Source of the DNA: Candidatus Latescibacterota bacterium
Lineage (GTDB): Bacteria; Latescibacterota; UBA2968; UBA8231
Direction of reading: 5' to 3'
Length of the DNA stretch: 64,000 nucleotides
NCBI GenBank assembly: GCA_965206595.1
Contig: OZ242214.1
Span: 4,704,001-4,768,000 of the forward strand
Of the stretch, positions 19,214-29,648 are shown in pieces. The translations under genes were made by a program, and so were the position numbers. The stretch's first letter is position 1. Every line of letters starts with the position of its first letter. The notes under the pieces were generated by a model, which did no database searches, was not told the DNA's origin, and saw only the letters and a program-made list of their open reading frames with translations.

Positions 19214-22200
19214 AAGAGACGCACCAACACCTCATCCCGCGGCTGAGCGTCACCCGGCCGGTGACGGTGGTGATGGTTCTCCTGGCGCTGCTGGTGGTCG
19301 GAACGATCGCCTACGTGCGGATTCCCCTGAGCCTGACTCCCCAGGGGTTGGAGGAGCGCTGGCTGGGGATGTGGATCAACTATCCGAACGCCGGGCCTAT
19401 CGAGGTGGAGCAGAAGATCGCGCGCAAGGTCGAGGAGGCGCTGGCGACGGTGCCGCGGATACGGAAGATCCGCACCTCGAGCGAGCGCAACGGGTGCTGG
19501 ACGAGCGTCAGCTTCCGCCAGGAAACCGACATGCGGGAGGCCTACAACCAGATGCGCGACCGCGCCGACCGCCTGCTGCTCGAGCTGCCGGACGAGGTCG
19601 ACCATATCTGGATGCGCAACTGGGATCCCGACGATTGGCCGATCCTGTGGATGGGGTTGTACCTCGACGGGGAGTACGCCGATCCGCAGCACCTGCTCGA
19701 GACCTATGTCCGCCCCGAACTGCAGCGCATCGACGGCGTCGGGCAGCTCGACATCTGGGGGGGGCCGGGCAAGGAGGTGTTCATCTACACCGACCAGGAG
19801 AAGGTGAGGAGCCACCGCGTCGATCTCTACCGGGTCGGCACTCAGCTGGCTTCCCACAACTTCACCATGCCGGCAGGGTACGTGCACGAAGGGGGCAGGA
19901 AGCTGCTGGTCCGCTCCCTGGCCCGCTTCGAGAGCGTCGAGCAGATCCGCCAGCACGTCGTCGATCCGCAGCACGGCCTGCGGCTGCAGGACATCGCCGC
20001 GGTCGGCCTGGTGCCCCGCCCCAGGACCTGGTTCAACCGCATCAACGGCATCGAGTCCCTCGGCTGCGAGATCCTGTCGACGGCGGAAGCCAACACCGTC
20101 GAGGTCGTCAGGGAGGTCCGCGCCAAGCTCGAGGAGCTCAAGACCCGTCCCCGGCTGAGCGGCTTCGACTACGAGATCTTCTGGGACATGGGCAAGCAGA
20201 TAACCGAGTCGGTCGAGAACCTGCGCAACACCGGGCTCTGGGGCGGACTGTTCGCCGCCGGCGTGCTGTTCCTGTTCCTGCGCGCGGTGCGCATGACCCT
20301 GATAATCACCCTGGCGATCCCGCTGGCCCTGATGATCTCGATAACCGCCATCTTTTTCCTTGGCTGGACCCTGAACCTGATCACGATGATGGGGCTGATG
20401 CTCAGCCTGGGGCTGGTCGTCGACAACGCCATCGTCATCGTCGAGAACATCCAGCGCAAGCGCGAGGAGGGGGTCGAGGCGCGGGAGGCTTCCATCACCG
20501 GCGCCGGAGAGGTGGGGCTGGCCGTGACAATGGCCACGCTGACGACGGTGGTGGTCTTTCTGCCCCTGATCCTGATGAGCGACGACCTGGAGTTCTCGTT
20601 CTTCATGGTGCGGCTGGGCATGCCGGTGATCGTCGGGCTGCTGGCCTCCCTGTTCATCGCCCTCGCCATCATTCCCCTGGCGGCGCTGCGCATCTCCACC
20701 GGCGGGAAACGCCGCGATTCGCGTCTGATCGCCCGCACCCGCGACGCCTACGTGCGCTGTCTCGAATGGGTGCTCGGCCACCGCATCGAGAGCATCATCC
20801 TCGTCCTGGCGGCGATGGCGACGATCCAGATTCCGATGCAGGGGATGACGAGGACGGACCGCTCGAGCGAGCACCGGACCGACCTGTGGCTGGGGTTCGA
20901 CATGCCCGAGGGGCAGACCCTGAAACAGGCCGACAGGTTCATCTCCGGCGTCGAGGACACCCTGATGAACCACAAGGAGGAATACAACTTCCGTGTCCTG
21001 GAGACCTGGTCGCGAAACTCGCGGGGCCGCATCCACATGATCCTCAACGAGAAGGAGAACAACGCCTGGTACGAGGTCGCCTGGGACAACCTGCTGAAGG
21101 CCCTCGGGTGGCGGCAGTCTCCGCATCTCGAATACGAGGAGATGGTGGAGGACATCAAGAAGCGGATCGTCCTGCCTGCCGGCGTGCAGATGCGGCTCAA
21201 CTGGCGCAGCGGCGGCAGCGGCGACGCGGCCGTGGCGATCAACCTCTACGGCCAGGACACCGAGGTCCTGCTCGGTCTATCCCGGGAGGTCGAGCGCCGG
21301 CTGCGGCGCATTCCCGGGCTGCTGTCGGTGCAGACCGACATCGACCGCGGCAGCACCGAGCTCGAGGTGCGGCTCGACCGCGGGCAGGTGCAGCGCTACG
21401 GAATCGAGCCGCGCCAGATCCCGGGGGTGATCTCCTACTCCCTGAGGGGCCAGGATCTGACGAGGTTCCGCACCGAGGACGGCAGCGAGGTCGACGTCCA
21501 CTTCCAGCTCGAGGAGGTCGACCGCCAGGGCATGCACCAGCTGCGCAACACCACCTTCTTCTCCGACGAGGGGGCGGAGATCCCGCTGGAGTCGCTCGCC
21601 TCCCTGTCCGTCCACAAGGTGCTCGGCAGCATCCGGCGCGAGAACAGGCAGACGGTGCTGACCGTGACCGCGACGGCGACCAGTAAGGAATCCGGCGAGC
21701 TGTTCGGGCAGATCGACGAGGCCATGCAGGGGTTCGAAATGCCGCGCGGGTACCGCTGGGACAAGGGGGCCCGCTACGAGCGCATCGAGGAGACCGACGC
21801 CTCGCGGCAGTTCGCCCTCCTGCTGTCGGTCACCTTCGTCTTCCTGCTGATGGGGGTGCTGTTCGAGTCGTTCATCCTGCCCCTGTCGGTGATCATCGCC
21901 ATACCGTTCTCCTTCCTCGGGGTCTACTGGACCCTCTACCTCACGGACACGGCGTTCGACATGCTGTGCGGCATCGGCGTCGTCATTCTCGTGGGGGTAG
22001 TGGTCAACAACGCCATCGTCCTGATCGATCTCGCCAACCGCCTGCGGGCCGAGGGCAGGGATCGCTTCGAGGCCCTGGTCGAGGCGGGCAGACACCGCTA
22101 CCGCCCGATCCTGATGACGACCTTCACGACGGTTTTCGGGCTGGTTCCGATGGCGGTCGGCAACGCCGAGATGATCGGCATGCCGTACGCGCCCCTGGGC

Positions 22201-22377
22201 AGGACGATGATGGGGGGGCTGCTGGCGTCGATGGTGCTGACCCTGCTGATCGTGCCGCTTTGCTACACCCTCTTCGACGATCTGCGTCAGTTGCTCCGGG
22301 CCGTCGCCTTTTCTGCGCGCACCCCCGCTCACCCGGAAGGGGGTGACCGCGTGCCGGACAGGGCCGGACCGAATTGA
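19210..22377 (+). CDS. AcrB/AcrD/AcrF-family RND permease subunit 2
   Basis: 1055 aa; GLVVDNAIVIVEN, VVVNNAIVLID, RYRPILMTT. Confidence 0.93.
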   Translation: MKETHQHLIPRLSVTRPVTVVMVLLALLVVGTIAYVRIPLSLTPQGLEERWLGMWINYPNAGPIEVEQKIARKVEEALATVPRIRKIRTSSERNGCWTSVSFRQETDMREAYNQMRDRADRLLLELPDEVDHIWMRNWDPDDWPILWMGLYLDGEYADPQHLLETYVRPELQRIDGVGQLDIWGGPGKEVFIYTDQEKVRSHRVDLYRVGTQLASHNFTMPAGYVHEGGRKLLVRSLARFESVEQIRQHVVDPQHGLRLQDIAAVGLVPRPRTWFNRINGIESLGCEILSTAEANTVEVVREVRAKLEELKTRPRLSGFDYEIFWDMGKQITESVENLRNTGLWGGLFAAGVLFLFLRAVRMTLIITLAIPLALMISITAIFFLGWTLNLITMMGLMLSLGLVVDNAIVIVENIQRKREEGVEAREASITGAGEVGLAVTMATLTTVVVFLPLILMSDDLEFSFFMVRLGMPVIVGLLASLFIALAIIPLAALRISTGGKRRDSRLIARTRDAYVRCLEWVLGHRIESIILVLAAMATIQIPMQGMTRTDRSSEHRTDLWLGFDMPEGQTLKQADRFISGVEDTLMNHKEEYNFRVLETWSRNSRGRIHMILNEKENNAWYEVAWDNLLKALGWRQSPHLEYEEMVEDIKKRIVLPAGVQMRLNWRSGGSGDAAVAINLYGQDTEVLLGLSREVERRLRRIPGLLSVQTDIDRGSTELEVRLDRGQVQRYGIEPRQIPGVISYSLRGQDLTRFRTEDGSEVDVHFQLEEVDRQGMHQLRNTTFFSDEGAEIPLESLASLSVHKVLGSIRRENRQTVLTVTATATSKESGELFGQIDEAMQGFEMPRGYRWDKGARYERIEETDASRQFALLLSVTFVFLLMGVLFESFILPLSVIIAIPFSFLGVYWTLYLTDTAFDMLCGIGVVILVGVVVNNAIVLIDLANRLRAEGRDRFEALVEAGRHRYRPILMTTFTTVFGLVPMAVGNAEMIGMPYAPLGRTMMGGLLASMVLTLLIVPLCYTLFDDLRQLLRAVAFSARTPAHPEGGDRVPDRAGPN

Positions 22378-22462
22378 CGATGGTACGGCCCCCGGCTAGA
22401 TTCGACGAATCGGGAGCAGGAACCATGAACAGACAGGAATCGCAACAAGGCAAGGAGAGGGG

Positions 22463-23065
22463 ATGGCCGAGCAGGAATCGGAGCTGATCAGGAACCTCGA
22501 GGAGAGGAGCATAGAGCACTCCCTGCTCAAGGCGCGGCGCATCTTCCTGTGGTCGAGCGTCGACGACGACTCCGCCAAGGGGGTAGTGACGCGCCTGCTG
22601 TCCCTCGACTCGGAGGACCCGCAAAAGGAGATCGTCCTCTACATCAACAGCCCCGGCGGGTCCGTCCACGACGGCATGGCGATCTACGACGCCATGCAGG
22701 CGATCACCGCACCGGTCTCGACGGTCTGCACCGGGCTGGCGGCCAGCATGGGCGCGGTGCTGCTCGCCAGCGGGCAGAAGGGCCGGCGCTTCACCTGGCC
22801 CCACGGGCGCATCATGATCCACCAGCCGAGCGTCATGGGCACCATAATCGCCCGCGCCACCGATCTCGACATCCACGCCAAGGAGATCATCCGCATGCGG
22901 GAGGAGCTCAACCGCCTGCTGGCGGACCACACCGGGCAGGATGTCGACAAGATCGCCGCCGACACCGACCGCGACTACTTCATGTCCGCCGAAGAGGCGG
23001 TCGCCTACGGTCTCGTCGACCAGGTCGTTTCCTCGACCTCGCTGCCGGCTCCGAACGGAAGCTGA
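22463..23065 (+). CDS. clpP: ATP-dependent Clp protease proteolytic subunit
   Basis: [16 protein letters not shown] (Ser), RIMIHQP (His), [11 protein letters not shown] (Asp). Confidence 0.95.
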   Translation: MAEQESELIRNLEERSIEHSLLKARRIFLWSSVDDDSAKGVVTRLLSLDSEDPQKEIVLYINSPGGSVHDGMAIYDAMQAITAPVSTVCTGLAASMGAVLLASGQKGRRFTWPHGRIMIHQPSVMGTIIARATDLDIHAKEIIRMREELNRLLADHTGQDVDKIAADTDRDYFMSAEEAVAYGLVDQVVSSTSLPAPNGS

Positions 23066-23090
23066 CGGCTTTCCGCAAATCGAGTTTTCG

Positions 23091-23123
23091 CCGCCGGTCC
23101 TTTGAGGGGGCCGGCGGTTTTTT
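23091..23123. terminator. intrinsic terminator between convergent clpP and mutM
   Basis: CCGCCGGTCC-TTTGAG-GGGGCCGGCGG followed by a T-run. Confidence 0.7.
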
Positions 23124-23929
23124 CATTTCTGGCAGGAAGAGCAGTAGAAGCTGCTGCGCCCCGCCAGGATGACGCTGCGGACCTGCCCCTCGCAGACCAG
23201 GCAGTGGTCTCCGGCGCGGCCGTACACGGCGAGCCGCTGCTGGAACCTGCCGCCCGCCCCCGACCCGAGGTAGTCGCTGATCGTCGTTCCCCCCTGGGCA
23301 ACCGCTTCGCTCAGCACCTCGACGATTTTCTCCGCCAGCATGGCGCAGCGGCGGCGGCTCAGGCGGTGGCAGCGGGTCGCCGGCCGGATCCCCGCCCTGA
23401 AGAGGGCCTCGCTCGCGTAGATGTTGCCGACTCCGGCCACGACCCGGCTGTCGAGAAGCAGCGACTTGACCGGGCGGGTGCGGCCCCTGCAATGCCCGTA
23501 CAGGAAGTCCCCGTCGAGTCCCCCTTCCAGTGGCTCGAGGCCTAGCTCGTGGAGGTAGCGGCAGCGCTCCAGCTGGCGCGGCCCGAGGGCGAGCAGCATC
23601 CCGAAACGGCGGGGATCGGCGAAGACCAGCGGCGGACCGCGGTCGAGCTCGAAGGCGACGTGGTCGTGCGGCTGCCGGTCGCCGCGGAAGAGGAGGTTGC
23701 CGGTCATTCCGAGGTGGATGACGAGGGTCGCCTCGCGGTCGAGGGGGAGCAGCAGGTACTTGGCGCGGCGCACCGCGGCGGCGAAGCGGCGGCCGACCAG
23801 GCGCCCGAGGCGGCGGGGCAACGGCTCGCGCAGCCGCTTGCCGCTGCACCAGACGCTCTCGATGCGGCGGCCGACGAGGTGGACCTCCATGGCCCGGCGC
23901 ACGGTCTCTACTTCGGGGAGCTCAGGCAC
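23123..23929 (-). CDS. mutM: formamidopyrimidine-DNA glycosylase
   Basis: N-terminal MPELPEVE, RRAKYL, HLGMTG, GVGNIYASE, C-terminal Zn finger. Confidence 0.96.
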   Translation of the reverse strand: MPELPEVETVRRAMEVHLVGRRIESVWCSGKRLREPLPRRLGRLVGRRFAAAVRRAKYLLLPLDREATLVIHLGMTGNLLFRGDRQPHDHVAFELDRGPPLVFADPRRFGMLLALGPRQLERCRYLHELGLEPLEGGLDGDFLYGHCRGRTRPVKSLLLDSRVVAGVGNIYASEALFRAGIRPATRCHRLSRRRCAMLAEKIVEVLSEAVAQGGTTISDYLGSGAGGRFQQRLAVYGRAGDHCLVCEGQVRSVILAGRSSFYCSSCQK

Positions 23930-23960
23930 TATGGTTCGCGGCTATGGCGCGTGGGGCGGA

Positions 23961-24740
23961 TCAATCCGGGTTGAGCATGTGGATGACGTTGAAGAAGGCG
24001 CCCTGTGGATCGACGAGAAGGGCGAAGCGCCCGACCTCCGGTATGTCCGTCGGCTCGAGATGCACCTGCCCGCCCGCTTCCCTTGCCTTCGCAGCGACGG
24101 CGTCGACGTCGGCGACCGCCAGATAGACCGCCCAGTGCGGGGGAACGTTCTCCATCTCTTCAGTGATGGTGAAGATGCCCGCCGCGGCGCGCCCGCGGTT
24201 GCGCAGCATGGTGTAGGGGACGACGCCGGTGTGCGTCACTTCCGCGGTCCAGCCGAACAGGTCGCAGTAGAATTTCGCCGCGGCTTCCGGATCCCTCGTC
24301 AACAGTTCGTTCCAGCAGAGGGAGACCGGCTCGTTGGCGATTTCGGCCCCGGTCTGCCGTCCGGCCTGCCAGGGCTGGAAGACGCCCCCGGTCGGATCCT
24401 GGACGATCGCCATGCGCCCTGCTTCGCCGGCATCGAACGGCTCGACGAGCACGCTGCCCCCGAGGCCGGACGCCTTCTCGGCGCACTCGTCGGCGCTGGC
24501 GACCGCGACGTAGCTGTGCCAGAACGGAATCTCCGGCAGGTCTTCCCGGTGGAATATGCCGGCCACCAGGTGCTCGCCGCTGCGGGCGATGTGGTAGGAG
24601 TTGCCCTCCCCGGGCATCGGCATTTCCTCGAAGCTCCAGCCGAAAAGGTCGGCGTAGAACTTCGTGGCGCCGGTGGTGTCCGTCGTCGAAAGTTCGATCT
24701 AGTTGAAGGTCCCCGGGGGGTACTCGGTCCTCAGTCTCAT
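23961..24740 (-). pseudogene. VOC/glyoxalase two-domain protein with an early in-frame amber stop
   Basis: MRLRTEYPPGTFN*IELSTTD...FYADLFGW; TAG at 24699-24701 sits where the second domain has CWNEL. Confidence 0.8.
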
Positions 24741-25174
24741 CGGTCTCCTCTGATGCTCCATTTATGACAGATGCCTCTGGTGGTTGCCGCTTCCGCGGCG
24801 AAAGGTTCGAATGGTACGCCCTGCCCTCGCGGGTGGGCAACTTCCCGGTCCTTCGGGTCGCGGCTCAGCGGGGGCCACTTCGGCCCTGGGTTTCGGGAGA
24901 AACGACTCCCGGCACTTCGGTCCGGCTCTGTTTCCGCCACCCGTGGGATTTGGCAACTGTCGGCGCCCCGACTGGGAGTTCACGGCCCTCCCGGCAGGCC
25001 CCCGGCCTGGGCCATACGGAACCTCCAGCCCGGGGGCCTTCCGATCCCACCCGGAATCGGACGTCAACAGGCCTCGCGTGGACCCGCGCGTGGGGTGGCC
25101 GTTCCCTTGTCGTGGCGCGCGGCCCCTCGTTTCTTAGCCTCCCCCAACAGACAACACCACAGGAGAATCGAATA

Positions 25175-26476
25175 ATGGACCTCACCAAACAGCCGCCCCG
25201 GCGGCCCTCCAACCTCGGCGTGGCCGGCATCGTCGGGGCGGCGCGCATGACCGACAAGGCGCGCGCCGCCGAGGAGGAGCTGCTCGGAGAGTACAAGTAC
25301 GGCAGCGACTCCGGCCTCGACCGGGACGTCCTCGAGTTCATCTGCATGGAGGCGGTGGACTTCGTCGAGCGGGCCGTCGCCCTCGACGACGCCGCCCTCG
25401 GCGAGCTGGTTCTGCAGACCGCCGGCCGCAGCGCCGAGGAGATCGCCGAGTTCAACCGCTACCGCCTGGAGCAGACGCCGCAGGACGAGCTGCACGAGCG
25501 CCTGCTCGTCGAAAGGATCGCCAGGTACGCCCCGGGGAACTCCGACATCACCACCGTATTCAAGTCGATAGAGCTCGACGACTGGGGCGCCTTCCGCGAC
25601 AGGGACCTGACCGCGGGGCCGCCGCGTACCCCCTATCTGCGCAGCGTCGCCGGCATCGCCGGGGCCGCGCGCATGGCGGACAAGGCCCGGGCGGCAAAGT
25701 CGGGCAAGCCCGGCGAGTACCGCTACGGCCACGTCTCCCCCCTGGATCACCGCATCCTCGAGACCCTCGGCATCGCCGAGGAGGTCTTCATGGAAGGGGC
25801 GTACGAGAACCCGAACGACGACGAGCTGAGCGAATGGATCGCGGCGCGCAGCGAGGTCTCGAAGGGGACGATCTCCATGCTGAACGGCGAGCTCTGCGAC
25901 ATGGGGATTCGCACACCCGTGCTGGGGAAGCGGTTCGTCAGACGCCGCGGGGAGATCTGCCCGGACCGCCTCGACGTCGAGACCTTCTTCGACCTGATCG
26001 ACATCGACGACCAGCAGAGCTTCGGCATCGTCGACCTCACCCGGCGGCCGCCGCGCAGCCCCTACGACCGCAGCATCGGCGGCGTCATGGGCCTGACGCG
26101 CATGCTCGACAAGGCGCGGGCCTTCGCCAGCGGCCACCTCGGGGAGTACTACTTCGGCGACGACTCGGGGTTCGACCGCTGGGTGATGGAGCTGCTCGGC
26201 CTCACCCAGGAGGAGGTGGTCGGCGCCGCAAGGGAGCACGCCACCGACGAGGCGTTCGCCGCCTGGCTCGGCAGCCGCTTCGACAGGAGCGAGGCGGAGA
26301 TCGCCGTGCACAACGAGCGCCTGTCGGAGTACTCGCCGGGCAACGAGCGCCAGGAGAGGTTCTTCGCGAAAGCGATCGCGAACCTCGACCGCAGCCGCAC
26401 CGACATCCGCACCTTCGCCGCCCTGTCGCTTCTCGACGACGCCATCGTCTTCGCCCGCCTGCACGCCGGCACCTGA
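25175..26476 (+). CDS. protein with three tandem DUF5069-like repeats
   Basis: Three copies of DLT..PPR.P...G....RM.DKARA....GEY.(Y/F)G..S.(L/F)D; AGGAG SD upstream. Confidence 0.75.
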   Translation: MDLTKQPPRRPSNLGVAGIVGAARMTDKARAAEEELLGEYKYGSDSGLDRDVLEFICMEAVDFVERAVALDDAALGELVLQTAGRSAEEIAEFNRYRLEQTPQDELHERLLVERIARYAPGNSDITTVFKSIELDDWGAFRDRDLTAGPPRTPYLRSVAGIAGAARMADKARAAKSGKPGEYRYGHVSPLDHRILETLGIAEEVFMEGAYENPNDDELSEWIAARSEVSKGTISMLNGELCDMGIRTPVLGKRFVRRRGEICPDRLDVETFFDLIDIDDQQSFGIVDLTRRPPRSPYDRSIGGVMGLTRMLDKARAFASGHLGEYYFGDDSGFDRWVMELLGLTQEEVVGAAREHATDEAFAAWLGSRFDRSEAEIAVHNERLSEYSPGNERQERFFAKAIANLDRSRTDIRTFAALSLLDDAIVFARLHAGT

Positions 26477-26483
26477 ACTCCCA

Positions 26484-27179
26484 GTGGCCCGCCCCATCAT
26501 CGGCATCACCGCCTCCTTCGACCGGGAATCCGCGGCGCAGCAGGTCGACCGGAGCTACGTCGATGCCGTAGTCCGGGCAGGAGGGGCTCCGGTGCTGCTC
26601 CCGGCCGCCCCGGAGGAGGCGCTGCAATCAGCGGTCGCCGCCCTCGACGGGCTCGTCATCACCGGGGGCAACGGAGTGGTGGACGGACTCGCCGGGGAGC
26701 TCCCGGAAGACCTGCCGGTGGAATCCCCCGAGCGCACCCGGCGTGACCACCGGGCGCTGGAGGCTTTCCTGGGGACTGAGCGGCCGGTGCTCGGAATCTG
26801 TTTCGGCATGCAGCTGATCAACGCCCATCTCGGCGGCACCATCTGCGGCGACGCCGAAAGGGAACTGCAGGCCGTGCCGCATTCGCCGAAGCGGAACCAG
26901 GGCCAGCCGGTCGAGCACCCGATCGAGGTGCAGCCGGGAACCCACCTGCAGGAGCTGTGCGGGGGCGAAGAGCGCCCCGTGGTGAACAGCTTCCACATTC
27001 AGGCGCTCGCCGAGGTCGGAGCGGGACTGCGGGTTAGCTCGCGAAGCCCGGACGGGCTGATCGAGTCGATCGAGACCGCAGACGGCAAGGTGATCGGGGT
27101 CCAGTTCCACCCGGAGCGCATGGAGGGCCGCCTGGCGGACAACCTGCTGGCGAACCTGGTCAGCCGCTCCGGGGCCTGA
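26484..27179 (+). CDS. class I glutamine amidotransferase-like, gamma-glutamyl hydrolase (peptidase C26/PuuD-like)
   Basis: RPIIGI, LVITGG, LGICFGMQ (Cys), VNSFH, VQFHPE. Confidence 0.9.
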   Translation: MARPIIGITASFDRESAAQQVDRSYVDAVVRAGGAPVLLPAAPEEALQSAVAALDGLVITGGNGVVDGLAGELPEDLPVESPERTRRDHRALEAFLGTERPVLGICFGMQLINAHLGGTICGDAERELQAVPHSPKRNQGQPVEHPIEVQPGTHLQELCGGEERPVVNSFHIQALAEVGAGLRVSSRSPDGLIESIETADGKVIGVQFHPERMEGRLADNLLANLVSRSGA

Positions 27180-27210
27180 ACGTCCCTGCGAGAATCCCCC
27201 GCAGGTACCC

Positions 27211-27903
27211 TTACCTGCCGAACCAGACCCGCTCGCTGTCCACCTGCACGAGGCGGCGTTCCTCCAGCAGCCAGGCGCTGAGCCGGCCGCCGTACACGCA
27301 GCCGGTGTCGAGACCGAGCAGGCAGGGCGGGTCGCCTGCCGCTTCCGATTCCCCCTTGCGATAGACGCGCACCAGGCCGCCCGGGGCGTCGTGGCCGAAG
27401 ACGATGGTGCCGGCCGGCGGCTCGATCCGTTCGTGCCAGCGCAGTCCGTCGATCCCCGGGAGGGGTGGCCACAAACGGATGGAGAGGAACTGCTCCCTCG
27501 TGGTGCGGGCGAGCCCCCCTTCCGGGTCGATGCCGGCGTGGACGAGGAGGAACTGCTCCCCCTCGATCCAGAGGGGAACCTCCTGCAGCCAGGGGAGCAG
27601 TTCGTCCGCGACCGGCAGCAGCTGCTCCACCGTCCTCTGCTGATCCGGCTTGCGATACTCGACGTCCTGTCCCTGCGCCAGCCGCCCGAGCTGTCGCAGC
27701 AGCCGGTCGTCGTGGTTGCCGAGGACCATCCCGGCCCCGGTTTCGTCGATGGTCCGCCACACTCCGGCAGGGTCGGGGCCGCGGCTGAAGGCATCTCCGG
27801 TCAGCAGCAGGCGGTCGCTGGCCCCGTCGAAATCGATCTCGTGCAGCAGGCGGCGCAGCTCGCGGTTGCATCCGTGGACGTCGCCGACGAAGACGGTTCT
27901 CAT
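27211..27903 (-). CDS. metallophosphoesterase (ApaH-like)
   Basis: GDVHG, GDAFSRGP, GNHD, VHAG, FGH, LDTGCVYGG. Confidence 0.9.
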   Translation of the reverse strand: MRTVFVGDVHGCNRELRRLLHEIDFDGASDRLLLTGDAFSRGPDPAGVWRTIDETGAGMVLGNHDDRLLRQLGRLAQGQDVEYRKPDQQRTVEQLLPVADELLPWLQEVPLWIEGEQFLLVHAGIDPEGGLARTTREQFLSIRLWPPLPGIDGLRWHERIEPPAGTIVFGHDAPGGLVRVYRKGESEAAGDPPCLLGLDTGCVYGGRLSAWLLEERRLVQVDSERVWFGR

Positions 27904-28258
27904 GGGGGATCGGGATCAGGGTGAGGTGCCCGTGAGGCGGTCCCGGGGTCGAGAGAATCTGCACGCTGCACCCGAGACAAGGGCCAGGCTCGTTCAGGCG
28001 CCTTGCGAGCCTGGTGTCCTGGCGGTTCAGTTTTCCCATCCACCTCCGGGACAGGATCAGGGAAGGGTGCAGGCACTGCCAACAGGTGGGAATCGGGAGG
28101 ACGGGTGGTTGCCGTGCGGCAGGAGGCCTGCCCGAGTTCGCATTTGCAAGGACCGGCCGCACCCGGCAGCGGACTCTTCAGGCCGAATCTCGTTTGCTGC
28201 ACCGGTTTGGCTGCCGTATCGTACGCGCCGCCATTTCCCCCGAACGTCAGCCCATCGC

Positions 28259-29590
28259 ATGTCGCAAGCCACGACCGCAGTAGCGCCCGCCGCCAGCCAC
28301 GTGATGGCCAAGCCGTCCGGCTCGGTCTGCAACATCGACTGCACGTACTGCTTCTATCTCGAGAAGGAGAAGCTGTATCCGCAGGCGCGCAAGAACTGGC
28401 GCATGAGCGACGAGGTGCTCGAGCTCTACGTCAAGCAGTACATCGAGGCCCAGGACGTGCCCGCGGTGAACTTCGCCTGGCAGGGCGGGGAGCCGACCCT
28501 GCTGGGGGCGGACTTCTACCGCCGCGCCGTGGAGCTGCAGAAGCGCTACGCCGACGGCAAGACGATCACCAACGCCTTCCAGACCAACGGCATCCTGCTC
28601 GACGACGAGTGGGGGGAGTTCCTCGCGCAGGAAGACTTCCTGGTCGGGCTCTCCATCGACGGCCCGCGCGAGATGCACGACCGCTACCGGGTCGACAAGG
28701 GGCAGAAGCCGACCTTCGACCGGGTGATGGCGGGACTCGAGGTGCTCGAGAAGCACAGGGTCGAGTACAACACCCTGACGGTGCTGCAGAACCACAACGC
28801 CGACCATCCCCAGACCGTGTACCGCTTCCTCAAGGGTATCGGCAGCGGCTTCATGCAGTTCATCCCGATCGTCGAGCGCGCCGCAGAGGCCGCGGCCGAA
28901 GAGGAGCTGACCCTGATCGACCCGGCCTTCGAGGGCCGTGCGCAGGTGACGAAATGGTCGGTCGGCTCGGCGCAGTACGGCAGGTTCCTGTGCGCCGTGT
29001 TCGACGAATGGGTGCGCCGCGACGTCGGGCGTTTCTTCGTGCAGATCTTCGACGTGTCCCTCGGCTCCTGGCTCGGGCAGGACGCCAGCCTCTGCATCTT
29101 CGCCGAGACCTGCGGCAACGCCCTGATCATCGAGCACAACGGCGACCTCTACTCGTGCGACCACTTCGTCTACCCCGAGTACAACCTCGGCAACGTGCGC
29201 GACTACTCGATCCGCGAGATGGTCGCCGGCCCGCAGCAGCGCAAGTTCGGGACCGACAAGCGGGACACCCTGCCGCAGTACTGCCGCGAGTGCGAGTTCC
29301 GCTTCGCCTGCAACGGCGGCTGCCCCAAGCACCGCTTCACGCGAACCCCGGACGGCGAGCCGGGTCTCAACTACCTGTGCAAGGGGTACAAGATCTACTT
29401 CGCCCACGTGGCGCCGTACATGGAGTTCATGGCGCGGGAGCTGCAGCGCGGGCGCCCCGCGGCCAACGTCATGGAGTGGGCGCGCGAGCGCGACCGGCGC
29501 AAGGCCGCCGCCTCCGTGCGGCCCCCAGGCCGCAACGACCCCTGCCCGTGCGGAAGCGGCCGCAAGTACAAGCGCTGCTGCGGCGCCTGA
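28259..29590 (+). CDS. anaerobic sulfatase maturase (radical SAM/SPASM) with C-terminal SEC-C motif
   Basis: CNIDCTYCFY, AWQGGEPTL, SCDHFV, CRECEFRFACNGGCPK, GRNDPCPCGSGRKYKRCC. Confidence 0.93.
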   Translation: MSQATTAVAPAASHVMAKPSGSVCNIDCTYCFYLEKEKLYPQARKNWRMSDEVLELYVKQYIEAQDVPAVNFAWQGGEPTLLGADFYRRAVELQKRYADGKTITNAFQTNGILLDDEWGEFLAQEDFLVGLSIDGPREMHDRYRVDKGQKPTFDRVMAGLEVLEKHRVEYNTLTVLQNHNADHPQTVYRFLKGIGSGFMQFIPIVERAAEAAAEEELTLIDPAFEGRAQVTKWSVGSAQYGRFLCAVFDEWVRRDVGRFFVQIFDVSLGSWLGQDASLCIFAETCGNALIIEHNGDLYSCDHFVYPEYNLGNVRDYSIREMVAGPQQRKFGTDKRDTLPQYCRECEFRFACNGGCPKHRFTRTPDGEPGLNYLCKGYKIYFAHVAPYMEFMARELQRGRPAANVMEWARERDRRKAAASVRPPGRNDPCPCGSGRKYKRCCGA

Positions 29591-29648
29591 AACCGCTGCA
29601 GGCCGCGTTCTTCCTTTATCCAAAAAAGAACAACCGAAACGAGGTGCC

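Noticed and set aside
24699-24701. TAG as pyrrolysine or amber readthrough
   Set aside because: Trp is expected from the second VOC domain, there are no pyl genes in view, and TAG is a normal stop elsewhere in the window.
24960-25045. Guanidine-I (ykkC) or ZTP riboswitch
   Set aside because: Only short fragments (AGCCCGGG, GCCTGGGC) resemble the consensus and the core motifs are missing; kept only as an unclassified candidate.
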